The notes under the pieces are model-generated. The model searched no databases and was not told where the DNA came from. It saw only the letters and a list, made by a program, of their open reading frames with translations. A DNA stretch of 64,000 bases from Patescibacteria group bacterium (GTDB lineage: Bacteria; Patescibacteriota; Patescibacteriia; SG8-24; DYFX01), in assembly GCA_041659045.1 (NCBI GenBank), contig JBAZZB010000002.1, forward strand, positions 21,427-85,426, in the 5' to 3' direction. This document shows, one piece after another, positions 40,749 to 48,360 of the stretch (its first letter is position 1; every line of letters starts with the position of its first letter). A program made the translations under genes and the position numbers.

Positions 40749-41360
40749 ATGGCCCTCTCTGCATATCATCAGAAATACGCCTCAAAGCCGGACGAAGAAA
40801 TCGCCCGCCGCGCAAAAGCGAAGGAGGAAGAACTCCGGCGCATTTTTGATACCGCCCCGCTCCGTTCATCGGTAACGCCCATACGCGTGGCCATCATGGG
40901 ATGCGGTGAAAAACGGTTTATCCAACACCACCGCGACATCTTCCAAACACTTCTTGCTCGCCCCGTTGAAATCACGACGTTCGATCTTGTCACTGAGCAC
41001 CTTGCCGGTGAAACCCGCGTCTTTCAACACGACGTAACTCAACCGCTCCCCGATGCGCCCTACGACGTCACCTACGCGCATGTCCTTTTGAAGTTCATCC
41101 CGACGGACAAGCAGCTCGATGTGCTTCTGAACTCTTATACTGCATTGCGCGAAGGAGGCGTGGCTATCCATGTCTTTGATACCGAGGAGCTTTCAGCAAC
41201 ATCAACAACGCTTCCTGACGAGCTATACGCTGTTCCGCTCGAACGCTGGAAGAAGGAACTAGACGAACGCGGCATCAAACACGCAGAGGTTGCTTGGGAA
41301 ATCGAGGGTGTCCTACCGATGCCGCTCGAAGGCAGCGCACTGATGCTGTTGAAGGAGTGA
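40749..41360 (+). CDS. class I SAM-dependent methyltransferase-like protein
   Basis: RVAIMGCG, TTFDL, QHDVTQPLP..PYDV, ALREGG. Confidence 0.7.
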   Translation: MALSAYHQKYASKPDEEIARRAKAKEEELRRIFDTAPLRSSVTPIRVAIMGCGEKRFIQHHRDIFQTLLARPVEITTFDLVTEHLAGETRVFQHDVTQPLPDAPYDVTYAHVLLKFIPTDKQLDVLLNSYTALREGGVAIHVFDTEELSATSTTLPDELYAVPLERWKKELDERGIKHAEVAWEIEGVLPMPLEGSALMLLKE

Positions 41361-41621
41361 ACGAATATCCATCTCATCCGACCATCTTCGTTCCCCATTG
41401 GCACCTAGGTACTAGGCACCAACACAGCAGCCAAGGCAGTCCACCTGCCCGCGTCCAAACCACGCAGATATTCTGCTAATGGGACTCGGGGTCTACCATA
41501 AAACGACACCGCTAAAAGGCGGTGTTTTCGTTTTGAAATGACCCCTCTGCACCTTGACATTTCTTTTTTTTCTGCCATACTGCAGATCCTCATCGCGTCC
41601 CAACATCGTACGGAGGCTGTC

Positions 41622-42611
41622 GTGGACAATAACGTCGTGGTCTTTCCAAGAGACTTCACCCCAGCGCACACCCTACTGAACCTCGATACTCGGATCATCT
41701 GCGGTGATCTGACTTCGATGGAAACCGCCGGCGACGATGTCGCTGAGGTTGCCATGGGTTCTGACCAACTGCGTCTCAGCTTGCGAGGCTTCAAGGTCAT
41801 GAACCCACCGAGGCCCGCCCGATCGAGCGGCTCCAGCGCCTTGTACCTGGCGAGCGGCAAGGAAAAGCGGGACGGACTCCTGCTGCAGTACCTGCCGCCG
41901 CACAGCACAACGTCACTGCACTACCACGCCTGTACCCTCGAGACGTTCCACTTGCTGGCAGGCCGCGCCGCCGTCAGGACACCATGGGGAACGGAAGAGC
42001 ACCTCGACGATGGTCGCAGGAGCTTCACCAATCCGATGTTCGTGCCGCACCAGGTCGTGACCGGCGAATCCGCGTCGATCATCTTGCTCGAGATGGGTCT
42101 GCCCACCGAGTCCACGGGTATGAAGGATCACTTCTACGTGGACACGGACACGGCGATCGACATCCACTCCAAGGGCGAGTATCCGTCGTCGGCGTTGAGC
42201 AACTTCGGCGCACACGCCTTCTCGCTCGACGGGATCGAGTGCGCGTCGATGGAGGGATTCCTCCAAGCACTCAAGGAGCGTGACCAGGATGTGCAGCCCG
42301 GCATCTGCGCACTCACTGGCGGCGCAGCCAAGCGACGTGGTGAGGAGCTGAGCCAAGCGCGTGGGCCTTCGGACCCGCTCTACTGGCAAGGCCAACCCAT
42401 CAATCGCCTTTCGGCGACGTACCAAGAACTCCTGGATCGAGCCTATGCGGAGCTGGCCAGGAACAGCAACTTCCAGGCGGCGCTGCGGGCCACGGGCGAC
42501 GCCTTGCTGGTCCACAGCATCGGCAAGAAGACGCCGGAAACCACCATCCTGACGGAGCTGGAACTCTGCTCACGCCTGATGCGGATCCGCCATTCCTTGC
42601 CGCAGTCATGA
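41622..42611 (+). CDS. cupin + NADAR (phage gp30.3-like) fusion protein
   Basis: TSLHYH...ETFHLLAG...PHQV cupin; DIHSKGEYPSSALSNF..ASMEGFLQALK..LYWQG..ALRATG..LVHSIG..TILTE; GTG with GGAGG. Confidence 0.78.
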   Translation: MDNNVVVFPRDFTPAHTLLNLDTRIICGDLTSMETAGDDVAEVAMGSDQLRLSLRGFKVMNPPRPARSSGSSALYLASGKEKRDGLLLQYLPPHSTTSLHYHACTLETFHLLAGRAAVRTPWGTEEHLDDGRRSFTNPMFVPHQVVTGESASIILLEMGLPTESTGMKDHFYVDTDTAIDIHSKGEYPSSALSNFGAHAFSLDGIECASMEGFLQALKERDQDVQPGICALTGGAAKRRGEELSQARGPSDPLYWQGQPINRLSATYQELLDRAYAELARNSNFQAALRATGDALLVHSIGKKTPETTILTELELCSRLMRIRHSLPQS

Positions 42612-42844
42612 ACACCTTGAAACCGGTCTGACTCATCAGATCGGTCTTTTATTATGCGCTGCAGACGGTTGTAAAAATTCATACACGGCCCCATTGCTCC
42701 ACCTATCGTGGCCGTTGACGCTTTTCGTTGACCAATGGGCCTGCCTACTGTTGAAAGTATTGACAAAAAGGCGGAAGCGTAGTACTTTCCGCGTCTGGGT
42801 TTGGACAAACCGACCTGGTCGGAGACTTACCCATGGAGGACCTC

Positions 42845-43291
42845 ATGCGTAGCACCTTCGTTAGCGGTTCCCTTGCGTTCCTGTTCGGCCTGGCCTGCAT
42901 CCTCGGCAACGCCGGCGCAGACAGCAACCACAGCGCCCCGAGCAACCACTCGGGCACCTTCCTCGCCGATCCGGCGAGTCTGATCTACGACGGCACGTCC
43001 GTCGTCATGATCGGGATCATGAACTCGCCGAGCTGCGGCCAGTTCACGACCGAAGACCAGACCTGCAGCGGCGACGCCGTCGACTCCGACGGGGACGGCA
43101 TCTTCGATGCCAGTTCCTCGGAGCGTCGCATGGGCGAGCTCGACTGCTCGGACCCCCGGCTCACGGGTTGCGAGGAGTGCCTGGGCACGGTGCGCATCTG
43201 CTGCCCGTCGCAGGAGTGCACCGTCAGCAACTGCCCCGGCAAGAGCGGGTACTGTCCCAACGACAAGGGCGGAGGCAGTCACTGCTGCTGA
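42845..43291 (+). CDS. small secreted Cys-rich protein
   Basis: GGAGG SD, TTGACA-17-TACTTT, signal peptide, DSDGDGIFD loop, C-terminal Cys cluster. Confidence 0.7.
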   Translation: MRSTFVSGSLAFLFGLACILGNAGADSNHSAPSNHSGTFLADPASLIYDGTSVVMIGIMNSPSCGQFTTEDQTCSGDAVDSDGDGIFDASSSERRMGELDCSDPRLTGCEECLGTVRICCPSQECTVSNCPGKSGYCPNDKGGGSHCC

Positions 43292-43414
43292 TGCGCAGGC
43301 GGCCTCATCTATACCCCTTCCACATACGCCCCAGGCGTATTTTTTTTGTCTTCCTTTCAAAGTACAGTCGTGGTGTAATTGCCACGATGACTCTATTTGG
43401 CTAACTTCTGCGAT

Positions 43415-44935
43415 ATGCAGCCTCAAACGCACGCCGAGCAAGCACCGCTTACGCATCTGGACCGCACCAAGCTTCTTTGGAGCATCGGGCTGTCGCTCTT
43501 CTGGGTGATCTTCCTTTGGGGCTTTTTTGGCCACGGACCTTACGCGCTGGGCATGAACGCATTCCTCTACCTTGCAGGAATGGTGGCGCTCTTTTTGTGG
43601 AGCATGAAGCGTGAAGGGCTTTCTCTTAGGAAAAATGCCGCCTGGATCGCACCGATCTGCCTGATCGTGCTGAGCTACGCCATCTTCGACAACCCGTTCC
43701 TCAAAATGGTGAGCATCCTCGTGCTCCCGACGACATTCGCCCTCTTCTATAACGAGGCTTTCCTCACCGTGCACGGCCGAGCGCGCTGGAACAGTAAAAT
43801 GATCGAGGCTCTTGTTTGGCGCTCTCTTTCCATCATCACGCATATCCGCAAGGCAGGCAGCCTCATCGAAAGCTTGGTGATGCGGACGAGGAAAAATCCC
43901 AGCACGGCCAAGCGCATTACCCTTGGCGTCTTTCTTTTCCTGCTCATCGCCGTCGTCATCGTAATTCCTCTCCTTTCTTCGGCGGATGCGGAGTTCGCAG
44001 CCGCGATAGGATTCGTGAACGTTTGGATCCAAAAGCTGTTTTCCACGACCCTCTTCGGAAAAATCCTTCTCTTCTTCCTGCTTTCCATCGGCACGATTTC
44101 CGCCCTGCTTGCATGGACAAGGCCCTCGGCGCACGCGGCGACCGAAACGGAAACGAAACACGTCGATCCGATCGTCGCCGGCATCGTGCTCGGTGGCGTG
44201 CTCGCCCTTTACGTGCTTTTCCTCTGGATCCAGCTCGGCCACATGTGGGTCGGAAAGCTTCCAGTCGAGTTCAGCGAGACCGAGCGTCTGGTGAAAGACG
44301 GATTCTGGCAACTCTTCTGCCTGACCATCATCAACATCCTCTTCGCCTTCACGACCTACCGGAAAACCGTGCCGGCGGTGCAACGCCTGCTGACCGTCTT
44401 CGTCGTCGCTTCTTTCCTGCTGCTTGTTTCCGCCGGTTACCGGATGGCGCTCTACGTGACGTATTACGGCTTGAGCTACGAAAAATTCTTCGCTTCGTAC
44501 ACGGTGGCGTTCTGCGCCATTCTGCTGCTCTGGCTCGTCTCTCGCCTCTTCACGCATGCCCGCGCTGATGTTGTGCGCTTCCCTGTGATGCTTTTCATCT
44601 GGATGTACGCCGTGCTGACCGTCATGCCGGTCGAGCAGATCATCCTCCGTTCCAACGTTGCCCTGTCGCAGCGAGAAGGTTCGCAGATCCGATTGTTTGA
44701 GCTCACGATGCTCTCTCCCGACGTGCTCGGCTTGGTGCAAAAATACCAGAAAGAAGGCGCGCTCGTAGAAAAAAACCCTTTCTACTCGCGCGAAATGGCC
44801 GAACTCGTACCCGAAGAGGGAGCCTATTCGAAGCCGAACTTCGACTGGAATCCATGGATCAAAGATCGTTCCGCGATTGTTTCGGAGAAAGCTTGGTATG
44901 AACTGAACCTCATGAACCTGATCACAAGACCTTGA
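43415..44935 (+). CDS. DUF4153/DUF4173-like multi-pass membrane protein
   Basis: PLLSSADAEF, LFLWIQ, GFWQL, SAGYRMALYV..YGL; leaderless promoter TTGCCA-17-TAACTT-7nt-ATG. Confidence 0.85.
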   Translation: MQPQTHAEQAPLTHLDRTKLLWSIGLSLFWVIFLWGFFGHGPYALGMNAFLYLAGMVALFLWSMKREGLSLRKNAAWIAPICLIVLSYAIFDNPFLKMVSILVLPTTFALFYNEAFLTVHGRARWNSKMIEALVWRSLSIITHIRKAGSLIESLVMRTRKNPSTAKRITLGVFLFLLIAVVIVIPLLSSADAEFAAAIGFVNVWIQKLFSTTLFGKILLFFLLSIGTISALLAWTRPSAHAATETETKHVDPIVAGIVLGGVLALYVLFLWIQLGHMWVGKLPVEFSETERLVKDGFWQLFCLTIINILFAFTTYRKTVPAVQRLLTVFVVASFLLLVSAGYRMALYVTYYGLSYEKFFASYTVAFCAILLLWLVSRLFTHARADVVRFPVMLFIWMYAVLTVMPVEQIILRSNVALSQREGSQIRLFELTMLSPDVLGLVQKYQKEGALVEKNPFYSREMAELVPEEGAYSKPNFDWNPWIKDRSAIVSEKAWYELNLMNLITRP

Positions 44936-44966
44936 CCGTTCGTCTCGCACAGCGTACGCTCCGCAC

Positions 44967-45070
44967 GAACTTGTATCTCAGACGTTGAGCGCTGAACGGA
45001 ACGTCTTCGTTTTCGCTACCCGTCGACACTTCGATTTCAGAGGACAGGTGCAATCCCTGCCCGGTTCGCA
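44967..45070 (+). ncRNA. tRNA-like RNA with a 39-nt branched insert replacing the anticodon loop
   Basis: Promoter TTGACC-17-TACGCT puts +1 at G44967; GAACTTG/CCGGTTC acceptor-like stem, TA-TCTC..GAGC D-arm, CTGAA/TTCAG stem, CAGG-TGCAATC-CCTG T-arm, terminator 45071-45100. Confidence 0.5.
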
Positions 45071-45120
45071 AAAACACCCGCCGCAAGGCGAGTGTTTTTT
45101 CTTGGAATTGCTCTCTCCTA

Positions 45121-45444
45121 TTACAAGGCGAGGAAATGCCAAAGGAAGTATCCCGTGAGCGCGGCGGCTCCTGCGAAGGAAGTCGCGACCAGGAGATGCA
45201 CGGAGCGCGCGGCTTGGTCGGCTCGTACAGGCGTGGCGCTTCGCGCGAAGAAGGCGAAGAGAAGCATGTAGATCAGAACCGAGGCAACGCTCTTCGTCAC
45301 CCAGTGGTGACCGGTCATCGAGGCGAGCGCGGTCTTGAGTGGAGCGGACATCTCGGCAGCAATCGTGATCGCAACGACGAAGACGATAACGAGTGTCGCG
45401 GCGCGCGCGGAGGCGCGGACGGTGTTTTCGGGAAGCATAGACAT
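45121..45444 (-). CDS. small 3-TM membrane protein (GHHWVTKS motif)
   Basis: Hydrophobic ORF 4 nt downstream of its partner gene. Confidence 0.7.
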   Translation of the reverse strand: MSMLPENTVRASARAATLVIVFVVAITIAAEMSAPLKTALASMTGHHWVTKSVASVLIYMLLFAFFARSATPVRADQAARSVHLLVATSFAGAAALTGYFLWHFLAL

Positions 45445-45448
45445 GCGT

Positions 45449-45895
45449 TCAGACCGCGCCCCAGCGGGCGGCGGCGGAAATGATGTATCCCATCAAGCCG
45501 AGGAACAGGCCGAGCGCGGCAAGACTGCCGGTAAGCCACATCGTCGACTTGCGAAGCTCGGGCGAAGTCGCGCGCGCCGCCAAAATTGCGGTGAACGCCA
45601 TCGGGATCATGAAGAGGAAGATGTGCTCTTTCGCTTCCATGACGACAGCATGCGCCCATGGAGCCATGCCGGCCTTGATGATCGGCTTCACGGTCGGACC
45701 GTAGAAGACGACGTAATAATAACCACCGAGCAACCAACTGAGCGCAAAAGACACAAAACCGACAGTCGCGACAAAAGCGCGGCGACGCGCGTTTTCGACT
45801 TTCGCCGCCAACTCTCCGAGCAACCACAGGAACGCGTCGATGCCAATGATGGCAAAGGCGAGGTGTAAACCGACGAGGATGGGTTTAACAGGCAT
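45449..45895 (-). CDS. 4-TM membrane protein (PWAH..MEAKEH motif)
   Basis: 4 TM with His residues in GLHL, WAH and KEH. Confidence 0.75.
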   Translation of the reverse strand: MPVKPILVGLHLAFAIIGIDAFLWLLGELAAKVENARRRAFVATVGFVSFALSWLLGGYYYVVFYGPTVKPIIKAGMAPWAHAVVMEAKEHIFLFMIPMAFTAILAARATSPELRKSTMWLTGSLAALGLFLGLMGYIISAAARWGAV

Positions 45896-46002
45896 ACGCC
45901 GTTACGAAATCTATAAAAACGATACTTTCATTTTACTCCCGTGCCCGCCTCCGCCGCAATCGCATTGACACGGCGTCGTTTTTCCGACACACTGGATCAA
46001 CT

Positions 46003-47238
46003 ATGCATAAGCGTCCTCTCCCCGTCATTCTCCTCACCGTCCTCGTCGACTTGATCGGCGTGGGTATTTTGATTCCGGTCATGCCGCAGCTTTTGGCGAA
46101 TCCGGATTCGTCGCACTACCTGCTCTCCGGCGTCGTCTCTGCCGGACAAGGCTTCGTGCTTCTCGGAGCGCTGACCGCCGTCTATCCTTTGATGTCTTTC
46201 CTGGCCGCGCCGATCCTGGGACAGCTCTCCGATCGCTACGGCCGCCGCAAAGTCTTGGCCGTCTGCCTAGCCGGCACGTCGATCGGTTACGGACTCTTCG
46301 CCATCGCTATTCTGCTCAAGAGCCTTCCTCTTCTCTTTTTGTCGCGCATTCTCGACGGCATCACGGGCGGCAACATTTCGGTCGCACAAGCGGCCATAGC
46401 CGACGTGACGAAGCCGGAAGATCGCGCCAAAAACTTCGGTATGATCGGCGCGGCGTTCGGCTTGGGCTTCATTCTCGGCCCCTTCATCGGCGGCAAGCTG
46501 GCCGACCCGACGTTCGTCTCCTGGTTCAACGCCACAACGCCGTTTTGGTTTGCCGCGATCTTAGCCGCGCTCAACTTCGCTTCGGTCATGATCTTCTTCC
46601 CGGAAACGCGGAAGCTTGATCCTGTCACGAAAGCATTCAACTGGATGCGCTCGCTTGGAGACATCGGTCGCGCCTGGCGCTGGAAGGAACTTCGTAGCTT
46701 GTTTATCACAGGATTCCTGTTCTACTCCGGTTTCTCTTTCTTTGTTTCCTTCTTCAACGTGTATCTGACGGATCGCTTCGGTTTCACAGAAGGACGCATT
46801 GGCGAGTACTTCGCGTACATTGGACTCTTTATCGTGCTCGCCCAGGCGCTCTTGATTCGCGTCGTCTCGAAGCGCTGGAGCGAGGCGCATATCCTGCGCG
46901 TCTCGATGCTCGGTACGGCGCTTTCGGTCTTCTCCATGCTGCTCGTGCGCGAAACGTGGCAGTTGCTCCTGATTCCGCCGTTTATGGCGGCTTCGAACGG
47001 ACTCACGGTCGCAAGCCTTTCGGCCGTCGTCAGCAAAACGGCCGGACCGGATCGTCAAGGAGAAATCCTTGGTCTGAACGCGAGTATCCAATCGCTTTCC
47101 AACGCGCTCCCTCCGCTCCTGGCCGGCCTCGTCGCCGCACGCCTTGCCCCGGAAGCCCCGATCGCAATTGGTGCTCTGATCTGCCTCTCCGCATGGATCA
47201 TGTTCGGTCTCACCACGCGCACGGCGAAACAAGCCTAA
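46003..47238 (+). CDS. TetA-like MFS transporter (DHA1)
   Basis: PILGQLSDRYGRR, RILDGITGG, AAIADVT, GAAFGLGFILGPFIGG. Confidence 0.92.
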   Translation: MHKRPLPVILLTVLVDLIGVGILIPVMPQLLANPDSSHYLLSGVVSAGQGFVLLGALTAVYPLMSFLAAPILGQLSDRYGRRKVLAVCLAGTSIGYGLFAIAILLKSLPLLFLSRILDGITGGNISVAQAAIADVTKPEDRAKNFGMIGAAFGLGFILGPFIGGKLADPTFVSWFNATTPFWFAAILAALNFASVMIFFPETRKLDPVTKAFNWMRSLGDIGRAWRWKELRSLFITGFLFYSGFSFFVSFFNVYLTDRFGFTEGRIGEYFAYIGLFIVLAQALLIRVVSKRWSEAHILRVSMLGTALSVFSMLLVRETWQLLLIPPFMAASNGLTVASLSAVVSKTAGPDRQGEILGLNASIQSLSNALPPLLAGLVAARLAPEAPIAIGALICLSAWIMFGLTTRTAKQA

Positions 47239-47242
47239 AGAC

Positions 47243-47273
47243 AAAAAACACCCCGACGTCGGGGTGTTTTTTT
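47243..47273. terminator. bidirectional terminator
   Basis: AAAAAACACCCCGACGTCGGGGTGTTTTTT. Confidence 0.75.
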
Positions 47274-47319
47274 GTTACGCGACGAGGGGAGTATCGCGTA
47301 CGCTCTCGAGGAGTCTCGC

Positions 47320-48258
47320 TTACGGACAGGACTCGCTGTACGTACCTTGCGAAACCACCTCCCCTTCCTCAATCAAGGCGCAGTCGGCCAGCTGGCCTGT
47401 GCCTGTGACGTTACCTGGCGTTGCACTCATGGCGTATTCGCCGCAGGTTTCGCCCGCGACGCGGTTGCCCTTATAGAGATCATATCCTTCAACGTGTCCG
47501 TGATCTTTTACAAGCGCGTAGCCGTCGACAACGGCGCCACACTCGAGTCTCGCGTACCCGTCGACAACAGCATTCTCTCTCACGGCAGAGCCATACATGA
47601 CGACCGCGTTGCCTTTGACGACGGCGTTATCTTTCACTACTGATCCTTTTCGAATGACCGCATTTCCGAAGACGCGGGCATTGCCGAGGATCTGCACGCC
47701 TTCATCAATCACCGCGTTGCCATAGATCAACGCATCAGGACCGACGTAGGCATCGGGATTCACGAAGACTGTGTCTTCGCCGATGATGCCACAGCCGTTC
47801 AAATGACGCGTCGCGTAAATTGCCCCTTGTCCATCATCGGGGAAATCGTATTCCGCGATGTCGGGATACGCCGAGCACGGATACTCCGTAAAGGAGTCCG
47901 GCTCAAGCGTGAAGTCGAACGGGAACTTTGTTCCAGGTTCGATCCCATGTCCGCCATCGTCCTGTGTGTCAGTGCACATCAAGTCCATCAGCGAGTCGAC
48001 GTCGGGGTCTTGGTCGTCGATGCACCACGGTGATGACCAGACGAGTTCCGCTGGACCGATGCTGCCGCACATCCGCATGATTCTCGGACGGTAGCAGCCA
48101 TCGCCGTTGGAAGCGCACTCAACGGCGTATTCCATCCACGTCCGACAGCCCGGATCCTTGATACGGGCGTAAGCCGTGGCGGCTAAAAAAAGAGCGCTCA
48201 CGGATATGAGCGCGAAGACCGCGAATCGAACGATTCTGGAGGCCGCTATGGTGTACAT
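47320..48258 (-). CDS. secreted Cys-rich protein with hexapeptide (left-handed beta-helix) repeats
   Basis: Signal peptide; repeats such as ALIYGN/ARVFGN/AVVKGN/AVVDGY; AGGAG SD. Confidence 0.8.
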   Translation of the reverse strand: MYTIAASRIVRFAVFALISVSALFLAATAYARIKDPGCRTWMEYAVECASNGDGCYRPRIMRMCGSIGPAELVWSSPWCIDDQDPDVDSLMDLMCTDTQDDGGHGIEPGTKFPFDFTLEPDSFTEYPCSAYPDIAEYDFPDDGQGAIYATRHLNGCGIIGEDTVFVNPDAYVGPDALIYGNAVIDEGVQILGNARVFGNAVIRKGSVVKDNAVVKGNAVVMYGSAVRENAVVDGYARLECGAVVDGYALVKDHGHVEGYDLYKGNRVAGETCGEYAMSATPGNVTGTGQLADCALIEEGEVVSQGTYSESCP

Positions 48259-48360
48259 AGGTTGCTCCTAAGAATAAACTCCCCCTCACTCATTTCAGTA
48301 TAGCGCGCTCACTTCAGTAACAAAAACCCCCGACGTCACGTCGGGGGTTTTTTGCTCTTT

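Larger units (their letters stand above)
37980..41534 (+). mobile_element. tandem array of att-like-bounded cassettes at the tRNA-Glu 3' end
   Basis: AGATATTCTGCTARTGRGACYCGGGG(TC/G)TACCAT plus terminator at 38132, 39943 and 41466; exact 45-bp copy of the tRNA end plus terminator (37980-38024) at 40613-40657. Confidence 0.7.

Noticed and set aside
37980-41534. CRISPR array or classical integron attC interpretation of the repeats
   Set aside because: Spacing is hundreds to thousands of bp with whole genes between, no cas or intI gene, and no RYYYAAC/GTTRRRY attC ends; the repeats copy the tRNA 3' end instead
44967-45070. tmRNA or ordinary tRNA call
   Set aside because: No GGGG/CCACCA alanine acceptor or tag frame; no 7-nt anticodon loop or encoded CCA
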